This document shows positions 28,779-39,080 of a stretch of 64,000 nucleotides of DNA, in pieces. The notes below the pieces were generated by a model that did not search any database, was not told the origin of the DNA, and was given only the letters and a program-made list of their open reading frames with translations. The first letter of the stretch is position 1; every line of letters starts with the position of its first letter. The translations under genes were made by a program, and so were the position numbers. The DNA is taken from positions 90,024 to 154,023 of the forward strand of contig CAWIEK010000057.1 in assembly GCA_963835065.1 (NCBI GenBank), written 5' to 3'. The stretch comes from an uncultured Chthonomonadaceae bacterium (lineage in GTDB: Bacteria > Armatimonadota > Chthonomonadetes > Chthonomonadales > Chthonomonadaceae).

Positions 28779-31574
28779 ATGCTCGGAGAACGCTGGCGTA
28801 TTACACTGTGCGGCGGACTGACGGCCCGGCAGGGATCCCACGTTATTACCCGTTTTCGGACACAGAAGACGGGATTGCTGCTGGCCTATCTTGCTCTGTA
28901 TGGTGAGCGTACACACGGGCGCGAAGAGCTGGCCGAGCTTTTCTGGGAAGACAGCGACCGGCCGCTGCAAAGCCTGCGTATGGCGCTCACGTCGCTGCGT
29001 AGGCAGCTTGAACTACCGGGGGTTGGACAGGGACAGGTGCTGGCGACGGATCGCAGCTCTGTCAGGCTGGCGTCCGGGGCGGTGACGACAGATATATCCG
29101 ATTTTTATGCGGCGGTGGCGGAAGCGGAGCAGGCCAACACGGCGCGGCTGAAGGCGGAACGACTTCGGACAGGAGTGGAGGCTATTGGCGGGGAACTCCT
29201 GCCAGGCGGCTATATGGATTGGATATTACAGGCGCGCGAAGTTGTCGCGGAGCAGGCGCAGACTGCGCTAAGGGAACTGATCGCGCTGTTGATAACTCTG
29301 GGTGAAGAGGAGCAAGCGCTGGTCTATGCGCTGCGGCGGACACATCAGGATTCTCTGAACGAGGAGGCGGCTGTTACCGTAATGCAGTTGCTTCTCCGGT
29401 TGAAGCGGCCAGCCGATGTGGCGCAGCATTTTCAGCGCCTGACTACGCTGTTGAAGGAAGAACTTGGCGCTGCGCCTTGTTCGCAAGCGCAGGAGTTGGC
29501 TGCTGTTGCTGCGGCTGAACTGAAGTCGGCGATCACGCCTGCCAATTGGAAAATGGTTCCTCCGTCGGTGTCCCCCGCGCCGACGGAGGAACGTATTCCC
29601 GTATCTCTAACTGCTTCGCCCGGCGTTTCTGGGCCGGCTGTACCCGTTGTTCGCCTGCCGCTGACGCTAACTCCCTTCTTCGGCCGGGAAGAGGAGTTGC
29701 AGCGATTGTACGCGATGCTGGAGCCGACGGCAGCGGTTGATACATACGGGATAGATTTTAGACCATCGCTTCCGGCCTGGAAGTTACGGATCGTGACACT
29801 GCTCGGAACCGGGGGGGCGGGAAAAACCCGGCTGGCGATAGAAACGGCGAGAGCCTGCGCGTCCGCAGGCAGCCGCTCTATCTATTTTGTCGGACTGGCG
29901 GACGCGGAAACGCCGGAACGGATGCTTCAGTTGGTTGCGGAAGCGGTCTGCTTGAACACTCCCATTGAAAGCCCGCCTCTGGAGGTGATTACATCCGCGT
30001 TGAGGGCTGTCCCTGCTTTGTTGGTTCTGGATAATATGGAGCAGTTGGGTGAAGCGGGAGCGGAAGTGGCGCATACGCTGCTGGAAGAACTGCCACATTT
30101 GACGCTGCTGGTTACGAGCCGGTCACGGCTTCATCTGGACGGCGAACGCGAACTGGCCTTGCTGCCTTTACAGACCCCGGAGAACGCTGATACGCCGGCG
30201 TGTCTTATGGAGTTTGCCAGTGTGCAATTGTTTGTTGATCGGGCGCAGGCGGCCTGTGCAGACTTTCAATTGACGGCGCGAAACGCGGCGAGTGTCGCGG
30301 CCTTGTGCCGTCGGCTGGAAGGGCTGCCGCTGGCGCTGGAATTAGCCGCGAGTTGGGCGCAGACGCTCTCCCCTGCACAGATGCTGGCGCGTTTAAATCG
30401 GCGTTTCGAACTGCTGCGCGCGCGGCGAAAAGGGATGTCTCTCCGGCATCAAGCGCTGGAGACATGTATTAAGTGGAGTTTTCGGCTGCTGCGGGCAGAC
30501 GTACAACCTTTTTTTTGCCGTTTATGCCTGCTGCGCGGCGAGTGGACGCTGGAGATGGCAGAGATACTGACAGCGGATAGGCAGGCATTAGACAAATTAC
30601 AGCAGTTGAGGGAAGCGTCTTTTTTGTCTGCTCGTGAGGCCCCCGATCCGGCGGGAACGATCTGGTATTTCCGTATACTTGAGTCGCTGCGCGAGTTTGG
30701 AATGGAGCAACTGTCTTCCGAAGATATTGATGTGTGGCAGGCGCGTCTGGCGCATGCGCTTATCGAACTCCCGCACCCGAACCCTCTCTCAAGGATTGAC
30801 GCCGAAAACTTGCGCGTACTCGTGCAGTGGTGTCGCGCGTCAGCGGCAGAGCCGGTTCTGGAACTGGAACTGCTCAATGCCCTCAAGTATCTCTGGTTGT
30901 CTCGCGGCGGTTGGATCGAGGGGCGGCGCTGGCTGCAGGATGCGCTCCGCAGACATGCGGGAGAGGATACGGCCGCGTATCGCGCTGCGTGGAACATGCT
31001 GGGCAGCCTGCACTGGCTGCTGCGCGAAACGTCGGAGGCGAAGCGTTGTTTTAACGAGGCGCTAGTCGTTTCGGAGCGGGCGGGGGATGATGCGCTGGCA
31101 GCTCGCGCCTTGAACAATCTGGCGATGACGGCCACCCAGGAAGGTGATTTTGCGCTGGCGCGCGCGTTGGGGGAGCAGTCCTTGCGTTTTGCGCAGAGAC
31201 TGGAAGACGAGCGGCTTGTCGCGGCGCTGTTGAACAATGTGGGCAGCGCGCACCTGTCTCTCGGACAGTACGAGACGGCGCGAAGTTATCTGGAACAGAG
31301 TTTGCAAAAAAATCGGGAACAGGGTTCGCCGGGCATGGTGGCAATGTCTCTGGTAAATCTTGGCGAGATAGCGCGCCATCTGGGAGACAGGAACACTGCC
31401 CGGCAAATGTATGAAGAGGGGTTGGAGATGTTACGGGCCTGCGAAGATCAGGCAGGTATCGAGGAAACACTTCGTTCCCTGGCTCAGGTGCTGGAAGAGC
31501 AGGGAGAAGTCGCCCAGGCGCGTCTTCTGAGGGAGGAAAGCGCCGCGCTGAGACTTCGCATGAAGGGCGAATAG
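28779..31574 (+). CDS. SARP/AfsR-type regulator: wHTH-BTAD, NB-ARC/STAND ATPase, TPR
   Basis: LLAYLAL...REELAELFW, FFGREEEL, GTGGAGKTRLA, LLVLDNME, LEGLPLALELAA, C-terminal TPRs. Confidence 0.92.
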   Translation: MLGERWRITLCGGLTARQGSHVITRFRTQKTGLLLAYLALYGERTHGREELAELFWEDSDRPLQSLRMALTSLRRQLELPGVGQGQVLATDRSSVRLASGAVTTDISDFYAAVAEAEQANTARLKAERLRTGVEAIGGELLPGGYMDWILQAREVVAEQAQTALRELIALLITLGEEEQALVYALRRTHQDSLNEEAAVTVMQLLLRLKRPADVAQHFQRLTTLLKEELGAAPCSQAQELAAVAAAELKSAITPANWKMVPPSVSPAPTEERIPVSLTASPGVSGPAVPVVRLPLTLTPFFGREEELQRLYAMLEPTAAVDTYGIDFRPSLPAWKLRIVTLLGTGGAGKTRLAIETARACASAGSRSIYFVGLADAETPERMLQLVAEAVCLNTPIESPPLEVITSALRAVPALLVLDNMEQLGEAGAEVAHTLLEELPHLTLLVTSRSRLHLDGERELALLPLQTPENADTPACLMEFASVQLFVDRAQAACADFQLTARNAASVAALCRRLEGLPLALELAASWAQTLSPAQMLARLNRRFELLRARRKGMSLRHQALETCIKWSFRLLRADVQPFFCRLCLLRGEWTLEMAEILTADRQALDKLQQLREASFLSAREAPDPAGTIWYFRILESLREFGMEQLSSEDIDVWQARLAHALIELPHPNPLSRIDAENLRVLVQWCRASAAEPVLELELLNALKYLWLSRGGWIEGRRWLQDALRRHAGEDTAAYRAAWNMLGSLHWLLRETSEAKRCFNEALVVSERAGDDALAARALNNLAMTATQEGDFALARALGEQSLRFAQRLEDERLVAALLNNVGSAHLSLGQYETARSYLEQSLQKNREQGSPGMVAMSLVNLGEIARHLGDRNTARQMYEEGLEMLRACEDQAGIEETLRSLAQVLEEQGEVAQARLLREESAALRLRMKGE

Positions 31575-31893
31575 AAGCAGGCCGTCTTACCAGGATTTTG
31601 TGGGACGGAAATCAAGGAATATACAGGCTCGCTCCGACGAATAATCGGGGCGAGCCTGTCGTTTGGCGCAGAGTGTCCTCGGAACCCGATGGTAATTTCC
31701 AAAAGAACCGCGCAGAGCCTTTGTTGTGACGTTGTTGTGACACCAGGCCGCTATACTGGGCGTGTGAGTGGTTGTCCGGGAAGGCGGGCGCGCGGAGAAA
31801 CCGCCGGCAGTATGTCTCTCCGCGCGCTGCGCCCCTGGTTGAAGCAACCTCTACACGATAATGAATGTCCGTTTTGAAAGGAACCCACCACTC

Positions 31894-32613
31894 ATGTTCA
31901 CACGTCTCTCTGTTTCTCGCGCCGCCCTGCTGAACCGGGCCAGTCTTCTTCTCGCTGCCGCAGGCGCGCTCTGCGCCGCGCCACAGGCCCATGCTCAGGT
32001 CTACCTGGTTGGCGCCGAGCAGTTCGCTGCTGACGCGACTGGCGCAACAACCTCGCAGTTTTTCCAATCTACGACGAACTCTGGAAGCGCAGTCACGCCG
32101 CTCGACATCACCATCAATAGCGTTACCCAAAACCAGGCTATCTCCTTTGCCCTGTCCAACGGCAGCAACGCCATCTCCTTCGCCGCGCCTGGTTCCCCTC
32201 CCTTCTCCAATTATGGAGGGACTGACGGGGATCTGGGTCTGTTCTTCTCATCCACCAACACGCCGTATGATCCCTCCTCCTCAGCGCGAACACCTGATCT
32301 GCTGGTCGCCCGCGTTACTGATGGTTCTACGGCATTTTTCATTCCCACGGCGGGAACCCAGATTAACGATTATGTCTTCAATGGCTTGACGACTTATGGC
32401 GGAGCGACCAGCTTCACGGTGGGAACCGTTCCCATTACGGTGACTCAGTACAGTGTCGCAGATGACACGACCGGGACGCTCACGTTACAGCTTGGGGCCG
32501 TTCCTGCCTCCGTTCCCGAACCCGGCAGTGTAGCTCTGCTCACGGGGATAGGTGTCGCCGGCGCGAGCTTCCTGTCTCGCCGCCGTCGCCAGAGCGCCAG
32601 GAAAACTGTGTAA
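31894..32613 (+). CDS. PEP-CTERM sorting domain protein
   Basis: Signal peptide AHA|Q, Ser/Thr-rich body, VPEPGSVALL...RRRR. Confidence 0.88.
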   Translation: MFTRLSVSRAALLNRASLLLAAAGALCAAPQAHAQVYLVGAEQFAADATGATTSQFFQSTTNSGSAVTPLDITINSVTQNQAISFALSNGSNAISFAAPGSPPFSNYGGTDGDLGLFFSSTNTPYDPSSSARTPDLLVARVTDGSTAFFIPTAGTQINDYVFNGLTTYGGATSFTVGTVPITVTQYSVADDTTGTLTLQLGAVPASVPEPGSVALLTGIGVAGASFLSRRRRQSARKTV

Positions 32614-32745
32614 GACGGCTACAAACCTTCTCCCGCATCCCACGGCGAAGTTATCAGCCACAGAACCGCGCTCAGGCGGACTGTGGCTGATAGTGTTTCT
32701 GATGCCGACGCAAAGCCGCCCGGTACTTGCCCATACGAACGCCTT

Positions 32746-32854
32746 ATTCCTGTTGAACGGAACCCGAAAGGCTTTTTCGCATGGCAACATTGGCCGCAAG
32801 CGCGTATGGCGGCAGGAAAATGCGTTGCGAGAAGGGAAGTAGCCGCAGATGGAC
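32746..32854 (+). repeat. Direct repeat, right copy (includes RBS and ATG of the methyltransferase)
   Basis: Matches 28616-28725. Confidence 0.92.
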
Positions 32855-34153
32855 CTGGAACAACTACGCTTTTTAACTTCCAACGCCGGGGAACGCGCGC
32901 TGGCGCAGGCGGCGCTGCTGCCGCCGGACCGCCTGACGCGCCTGACGCGCCTGCGCCGGGAAGTCGCGCCCCATCTTGCCGCCGGGATCGTGGAACTGCT
33001 GGAACTGCGAACGCGCGCTCGCGCCAAATTCGCCCATGCCGACCGGATGTTCTTTACGCCGGAAGGACTGGAGCAATCTACGGGAGAAACCATCGCCGCC
33101 TATCGCGCCAGCCGCTTTCCCGCCGAGGCTGGGATTTTGGACGCCTGCTGCGGCATTGGCGGGGATGCGCTGGCGCTTTCTCACTACGCGCCCGTTCTGT
33201 CCGTAGACCGCAATCCCGTCGCCGCCGCCTGCGCCCTTGCCAATGCCCGCGTTTTTTCAGAATTGCAATTGCAAATGGAACCGGGGTTGGGGTCCATTGT
33301 GGAATCTTCGCGCAATGGCAATAGGGGCGTTCATGCGCTGTGCGCGGATGTTACCGGCCTTGACCTTGCCCGCCTGCGTGACCGGGGTATCGGCGCGGCG
33401 TTCTTCGATCCTTCCCGGCGCGTGAACACCCGCGAAGGCCGCAAGCGCGCCCGCAATTCCGAGGATTACTTGCCGCCGCTCTCCTGGCTGAATACGCTTG
33501 CCGCGCATTTCCCTTTTGTCGGCGCAAAGGTTTCCCCGGCGATTGACGACGAGACCCTGCGGCAATTCACCTCCGACGGCGCGACGGTGGAGTTTATCGC
33601 GGAAGGGGGCGAGTGCAAGGAGGCGGTTTTGTGGCGCGGCAGCGAAGCGGAAGCATGGCGCGGCCCACAATCATCTGCACAGGGCGAACCCTACTGCGCA
33701 ACGATTGTTACCAAAGGCATGACTGCCGCAACGCTGTATCGGGAAACCGAAGGAATGGCTTCAATTTCCCCTCCCCGCGCCTGGCTGTTCGAGCCGAACC
33801 CCGCCGTTATCCGGGCGCATCTCACGGGTGAAATCGCCGCCCGCCTCCACGCCGCGCTCCTTGACCCGCAAATCGCCTACCTGACCGCCGCCGACTTCAC
33901 GCCCATGCTGTTCGCCACCGCCTACCGCATTTTGGACTGGATGCCGTTTCACGTCAAGAATGTACAGGCATGGCTGCGAACAAACGGGCGGCGCGTGGAA
34001 GTCGTGAAAAAGCGCGGCGTTGATCTGGAGCCAACAGAAGTACGCAAAAAACTCTCCTCGCCCGCCCTCGCCGACAATCCGCCCGCCGTTCTCGTCCTGA
34101 CGCGCGTAAAGGAGCAGACCATTGCTATTCTATGCGACTTACCTGCTGCATAA
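32849..34153 (+). CDS. Class I SAM-dependent methyltransferase with THUMP-like C-terminus
   Basis: LEQST, DACCGIGGDA, FFDPSRR, KVSP, EPNPAVIRA. Confidence 0.85.
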   Translation: MDLEQLRFLTSNAGERALAQAALLPPDRLTRLTRLRREVAPHLAAGIVELLELRTRARAKFAHADRMFFTPEGLEQSTGETIAAYRASRFPAEAGILDACCGIGGDALALSHYAPVLSVDRNPVAAACALANARVFSELQLQMEPGLGSIVESSRNGNRGVHALCADVTGLDLARLRDRGIGAAFFDPSRRVNTREGRKRARNSEDYLPPLSWLNTLAAHFPFVGAKVSPAIDDETLRQFTSDGATVEFIAEGGECKEAVLWRGSEAEAWRGPQSSAQGEPYCATIVTKGMTAATLYRETEGMASISPPRAWLFEPNPAVIRAHLTGEIAARLHAALLDPQIAYLTAADFTPMLFATAYRILDWMPFHVKNVQAWLRTNGRRVEVVKKRGVDLEPTEVRKKLSSPALADNPPAVLVLTRVKEQTIAILCDLPAA

Positions 34154-34231
34154 TGCAGGAATTTGCCTGTTTCGCGTCCAATAGAGGTTTACCACTATGT
34201 AAGCCGTACTTTTAGTTTGAGGACACTTCCA

Positions 34232-35518
34232 ATGGAAGATCGTGATTCTACGTTCATCACTCGCGTTGTTATCGAGAATTACAAGAGCATCGAAAGGTGT
34301 GACGTGTCTCTGGGACCGTTGATGCTGCTCGTCGGCCCCAATGGGTCAGGCAAGAGCAATTTTCTGGACGCGCTTCGCTTTGTTTCGGATGCGCTGCATA
34401 ATTCGCTTGACCATGCGTTACGCGAAAGAGGCGGCATCAAGGAAGTTTGCCGCCGCTCCGGTTCTCGCGCGCCTGGCTTTCGCATACAACTAGATTTCAA
34501 CCTTCACCCAGAGGGTCGTGGGGTGATTGTTGGCAGCAAACAAATCGCGGCAAGATCATTGTCAGCCTATGCAGATAGGTTGTTTGGCCGCTATGAAATT
34601 CAGGTGCAAACACATTTAAGAACCGGGTACGTCGTTCAACAGGAAAGATGTGCAGTGACTGCGAAACTGACGGGAGAACAGAAAACAAAGGAATTCTTTT
34701 ACGAGCTGAATAACGGAAAACTAAAGTCGAATTCTCCCATGTCAGCGCCTCCATCAAAAGATCGGCTGTACCTGGTTAATGCTGCCGGATATGATCCTTT
34801 CCGCCCTGTTTACGATAATCTTTCACGCATGGCCTTTTATAATCTCAACCCGGATCGTATCAGGAGTTTACAAGCGCCTGACGCCGGGGAATTGCTTTTG
34901 CGCGATGGCGGCAACATTGCCAGCGTTCTTGCGCAAATAAACTCTCGCTCAAAACCGGAAAAACAGAGAATTGAAGCCTATTTATCCAAAGTTGCGCCTT
35001 CCATACTGGGAGTAAACGCAAAAACAATCAGCCCGATGGAAACGCTGGAGTTTCAGCAGCAAAGGAATGGGACAGGCTCCGCGTGGTTTTTTCCGGCATC
35101 AAGCATGTCGGACGGCACATTGCGGGCTTTGGGCGTTCTGGTGGCCTTATTCCAGTCCGGCGGCGCAAGTCGGAACCGCGTACCCCTTGTTGGCATTGAA
35201 GAACCGGAAATCGCCTTGCACCCTGCAGCGACAGGCGTACTGCTCAACAGTCTGGATGAAGCCAGCCAAAACAAACAGGTGCTTGTCACCAGCCATAGCC
35301 CGGAATTGCTTGACAGCAAGGACATCAAAGCCGAATCCATTCTTGCGGTTGTCGCGGAAAATGGCGTGACGAAGATCGGCCCCATTGACGCGGCGGGGCG
35401 CTTTGCGCTGCGTGAACATTTGTACACGGCAGGCGAACTGCTGCGCCTCAATCAGCTTGCGCCTGATTTGTCTCAAACAAACTTGCAGGAACCGCAGGAA
35501 ACGGTTTTGATTGGCTGA
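34232..35518 (+). CDS. AAA_21/ABC-type ATPase
   Basis: GPNGSGKSN, MSDGTLR, IEEPE.ALHP, VTSHSP. Confidence 0.9.
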   Translation: MEDRDSTFITRVVIENYKSIERCDVSLGPLMLLVGPNGSGKSNFLDALRFVSDALHNSLDHALRERGGIKEVCRRSGSRAPGFRIQLDFNLHPEGRGVIVGSKQIAARSLSAYADRLFGRYEIQVQTHLRTGYVVQQERCAVTAKLTGEQKTKEFFYELNNGKLKSNSPMSAPPSKDRLYLVNAAGYDPFRPVYDNLSRMAFYNLNPDRIRSLQAPDAGELLLRDGGNIASVLAQINSRSKPEKQRIEAYLSKVAPSILGVNAKTISPMETLEFQQQRNGTGSAWFFPASSMSDGTLRALGVLVALFQSGGASRNRVPLVGIEEPEIALHPAATGVLLNSLDEASQNKQVLVTSHSPELLDSKDIKAESILAVVAENGVTKIGPIDAAGRFALREHLYTAGELLRLNQLAPDLSQTNLQEPQETVLIG

Positions 35519-35527
35519 AGGAGAGGC

Positions 35528-36052
35528 GTGATGCAAGTTGAAATTGGGTGCATTGTAGAAGGCTATGGAGAAGAGCAGGCGGTTCCTATCTTGATACGCC
35601 GCATTGCTGAACGTCTTGACCTACAGTTGTATGTTCGTATCCCGCAGCCGTTGCGCACCTCCCGAAGTAAACTGGTAAAGCCGGGAGAACTTGAACGCGC
35701 CGTGCAGCTTACGGCATTGAAGGTTCAGGGGCGTTGTGGTATCCTGACGCTAATTGATGCCGATGATGACGATCCCGATATATTGAAGGCAAGTTTGCTG
35801 CAAAGGGCTGTTGCCGCCCGCAAGGACCTGCCTCACGTTGCCGCCATTGCAAAGTATGAATTCGAGGCATGGTTCCTTGCTTCCGCGGCGTCCCTGCGTG
35901 GCAAACATGGCCTGCCGGATGATATAGAGTGTCACCCAACCCCTGAAAATGTGCGCGGAGCCAAAGAGTGGCTGAACAAGCGGATGGCAGGCCGAAAATA
36001 CGAAGAGGTCGTAGATCAGCCTGCCTTCACCGCAAGCGGTTACTACCAGTAA
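35528..36052 (+). CDS. DUF4276 (TOPRIM-like) protein, probably 3'-truncated
   Basis: IVEGYGE..AVP, LIDADDD, EFEAWFLA, Y....DQP. Ends abruptly after DQPAFTA. Confidence 0.8.
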   Translation: MMQVEIGCIVEGYGEEQAVPILIRRIAERLDLQLYVRIPQPLRTSRSKLVKPGELERAVQLTALKVQGRCGILTLIDADDDDPDILKASLLQRAVAARKDLPHVAAIAKYEFEAWFLASAASLRGKHGLPDDIECHPTPENVRGAKEWLNKRMAGRKYEEVVDQPAFTASGYYQ

Positions 36053-36069
36053 GTTCCGCCCCGTTCTGC

Positions 36070-36711
36070 TTACCCACTGCGGATGGTGCGTATGTGCTGG
36101 AGAGCGGGAAACAGAAACAGGAACGTGTGCAGGAGGGGATCCACCGGAGCCTCCAGAGTTATGGTCTGCACCAGCGGGCCCGTATCCACGGAGAATGTCA
36201 GAACTTCGTATACGGTGTCGCGCTCCTTCGCAGAGGGTCGCGCATAGTGGCGGTCACAGGTTCCCACGACCTGCTCCGAGGCATCCATGTAGGTGTGAAC
36301 TACTTCAGTCGGTTCCGTCGCCGGCTCGTTTTCCGGGCGGACGGGGCGGCGCGCTTTGCCGACGAGCGTACCGTCCGCTGTTTCGAAATCCGCGCCCCAG
36401 TTGGCGTCGTACAGGGTTCCGAGCAGTGTGCCATCAAATGCGTGAATTTGCACTTTCGCTTCCCGCTTGGTGCCGCCCCAGTAGGAAGTGGTCGTCAGCA
36501 GGAGATTGCCGTCCGCGTCTTTCAGTTCCCCATGCAGGTTGCTGTCCGCGTTGAACAGGTGGAACAAGCCTGTCTTCTTGTAAACTTTGGCGAACCTCGC
36601 AACAGCCACGCCCTGACTGTCCCTGTATTCCAGATGCAGGTTGCGATAATCCGTGGCTTCCTGAAGCCGTATTACCACGCAGGAGTTAATCTGCGGAAAA
36701 GGGGAATTCAT
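36070..36711 (-). CDS. Hypothetical protein, possibly scramblase/Tubby-like
   Basis: Repeated D.DG..VG beta-turns. ATGA coupling to upstream gene. Confidence 0.55.
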   Translation of the reverse strand: MNSPFPQINSCVVIRLQEATDYRNLHLEYRDSQGVAVARFAKVYKKTGLFHLFNADSNLHGELKDADGNLLLTTTSYWGGTKREAKVQIHAFDGTLLGTLYDANWGADFETADGTLVGKARRPVRPENEPATEPTEVVHTYMDASEQVVGTCDRHYARPSAKERDTVYEVLTFSVDTGPLVQTITLEAPVDPLLHTFLFLFPALQHIRTIRSG

Positions 36712-37310
36712 TCTTTATCTCCATCCTTGCCTGCCGCCGCGACGTACAGGCCGAGCTTCCTGACCTGCGCCAGCGAAACAGGCGCTTCATTCAACTCGAC
36801 CACCATGTTTTCGGACACGCCGGCGGCCTGCGCGTCCTCCAAAACTTGCAGGAGGATGCTGCCTGCTTCCGCCGCAAAGGTCGCCTGCTCGTCGCTCAAA
36901 CTTTCCGGCTCACCCAAATCGCTGACCCACACATTGGCCTGCAAGAGCGCCTGCTGAATACGGGAACGGTATATTCGCTCGGCTGCGTGAGTTTGCACTT
37001 CGCGGCACCAGGCTTGCCATTCGTCCAGCGTCCATTCCCGGACTTCACTTTGGCTGCAAAGCGTAACGGCAATCGTGTCGCTTGCCGCCGTTCCCGTATC
37101 CAGCGCGGCGGCAAACGCGGCAAGACACGCGCCGCACTGTGCCAGCAGCGCCTCCGCCTGCTCCTTTTCCATCACGCCGAACGGAACCCCGCGCGAGTCA
37201 ATTGTTCCGACAGCGTTTGCCAACGTTTGGATATTCTGCACAAGAACCGTTTGGGACAGCAACATCATCCACGCTCGATTTCCAGCACAGTTTTCATGCG
37301 CTTCGCTCAT
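36708..37310 (-). CDS. Hypothetical helical protein
   Basis: Co-oriented ORF overlapping the next gene by 4 bp. Confidence 0.55.
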   Translation of the reverse strand: MSEAHENCAGNRAWMMLLSQTVLVQNIQTLANAVGTIDSRGVPFGVMEKEQAEALLAQCGACLAAFAAALDTGTAASDTIAVTLCSQSEVREWTLDEWQAWCREVQTHAAERIYRSRIQQALLQANVWVSDLGEPESLSDEQATFAAEAGSILLQVLEDAQAAGVSENMVVELNEAPVSLAQVRKLGLYVAAAGKDGDKE

Positions 37311-37373
37311 CTTTGCGCATGAAAACTGCGGGGCAGAGAAGCCGCAGGGCGGCTATTTCCCGGATAGGCGGCA

Positions 37374-38465
37374 TCAGGGAATGTTGAACCCGGTGAGCGG
37401 GTTGCCGTAAAAGGCGTCCGTTTTGTAGGTCGTGGGAACGGCCTTAACATCGCCTCCGGGCAGCACTTTTACGGGAAGTATCATGTTCATTCCCGCCATG
37501 CCGTTACTGGCCGCAATGCCGTTGTCCACGATCTTGCCGTCCGCGCCAACCGTGAATGCCGCCGTTCGCGCCAACTGCCCTTTTACCAGCACTTTGATCT
37601 CGTAATTGCCCGGATTCTTGTCCAGAAAGTGCGTGTTGGGATACTGGTTCGCGGTGGTCATGCGGTTGGTAAGGGCGACTTTGCTGAAGTTGAAGACGAA
37701 GCCCACCCAGCGCGGATTGGGCGCGTCGCTTGGCGTAATCAGGGAAAAGCGCGGGTAGCCACTGCCCTGCTCCGAATTTGCGGTGCTGCAAATGGACTTG
37801 CCATTGTAGAAGAGATAGGCGGCAGCCTGTTCCTGCTTGATGTCGCCGCGCAGCCACATCAGGGTTTGCAGTTGGGGCGCTTCTTCGTTGGGGTTCGGGT
37901 TCCAGAACAGGTAGCCGATGGGCAGCAGCCAGTCATGCTCGACATAGTAATCGAACTGGCCTTTGTTGACGGGCAAATCCGGCCCGACATGGAACTTGTT
38001 GACCGTAAATTTGCCGTTATACAGCGTTGTGGTTGTGCCGGCAAGGGGATTTTTCAGGATGATTTTGAAGGTGTAGGTTCCCGTCGCCGTTGTGGTGTGG
38101 CGTTCCGCGTCCGGGGTGGAGTCGTTGGGGTTGACGACATTGACCGTTTGCCCGGCGGGAACTTCTTTGATGGGCAGGGGCATGGACAGCCACGCGCTGC
38201 CATCGGGCTTGGCAAACGAAATGCTGAGTTGGCTGCCGTCCGTGAGCGGTCCTTCCACCTGAAAACTGAAACGAGGCCGCCAGCTCCAGGTATTGTACAC
38301 GGGTTCTTTGGCGGTGGGCGTAGCGAAGTAGCGCAGATAGCGCGTGACCATGATGTTCAGCGTAGGCTTGACAACGCGGGGCAGGGCATCTTCGGCGCGG
38401 GCGCGGGGCGTCAGGGCGGTGACAAGCAGCAAAGCAACAAACAGTTTATAGATTCGAGCGTTCAC
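37374..38465 (-). CDS. Secreted hypothetical beta-rich protein
   Basis: GGAGG RBS, signal peptide ARA|E, coding-like composition. Confidence 0.75.
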   Translation of the reverse strand: MNARIYKLFVALLLVTALTPRARAEDALPRVVKPTLNIMVTRYLRYFATPTAKEPVYNTWSWRPRFSFQVEGPLTDGSQLSISFAKPDGSAWLSMPLPIKEVPAGQTVNVVNPNDSTPDAERHTTTATGTYTFKIILKNPLAGTTTTLYNGKFTVNKFHVGPDLPVNKGQFDYYVEHDWLLPIGYLFWNPNPNEEAPQLQTLMWLRGDIKQEQAAAYLFYNGKSICSTANSEQGSGYPRFSLITPSDAPNPRWVGFVFNFSKVALTNRMTTANQYPNTHFLDKNPGNYEIKVLVKGQLARTAAFTVGADGKIVDNGIAASNGMAGMNMILPVKVLPGGDVKAVPTTYKTDAFYGNPLTGFNIP

Positions 38466-38595
38466 GTCTTCCTCCAGGCAGTTCGCGCCATTGCGGCGCG
38501 GTGATGCCTGGAGGATACGCTCCTACCATGACATTATCATAACATCATCGTGATATTATGCAAGTTCTCCTAACACCAACACCTAACACCCTCCC

Positions 38596-39063
38596 TCACC
38601 GTTTCATAATCACCGCGCCATCATTGGCGGTCAGCAGGCTCAGGGCGTTGGTATGCAGGTTGCACTCATGCGTAATCAGTTTGCGCAGCGTGACGCCCAT
38701 CGGCAGATTGGCATCTGCCGGCCTGGCAATATCACTGACGGCCTGCAATGCGGCAACCCGGCCTTCCGCAGCCGCTTCGATGAGGGGCGCGATCTGCGCA
38801 TCCCCGGCTTCAACGGCGTAGCCATTGGCGTTCAAAAACGTCAGCGTGGCGATCAGCGCCGTGCGCCGATTGCCTTCCAGAAACGGCGTCTTGGTCAGCA
38901 GGCGTTCCAGCATTACCGCTGCCTGCGTCAGCGCGTCGTCGCTTTTGCCGTAAGCATACTGCCCGGCCATGACCGCTTCCAAAGTAACGTAATTATACGG
39001 CTGGATGCGCCCCGTTACTATTTCGTTGATCCAAACTAGATCGTGCGTTGTTAAATACTCCAT
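38596..39063 (-). CDS. Fic/Doc family protein with degenerate active-site motif
   Basis: TPFLEGNRRTA versus canonical HPFxDGNKRTA, followed by FLNANGY. Confidence 0.8.
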   Translation of the reverse strand: MEYLTTHDLVWINEIVTGRIQPYNYVTLEAVMAGQYAYGKSDDALTQAAVMLERLLTKTPFLEGNRRTALIATLTFLNANGYAVEAGDAQIAPLIEAAAEGRVAALQAVSDIARPADANLPMGVTLRKLITHECNLHTNALSLLTANDGAVIMKR

Positions 39064-39080
39064 GTGTGTCTCCTAAAACC

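Noticed and set aside
32700..32730. c-di-GMP-I riboswitch suggested by GACGCAAAGCC
   Set aside because: The upstream GGCAAAC/GNRA stem is absent; the region is a decayed copy of the 28582-28651 hairpin.
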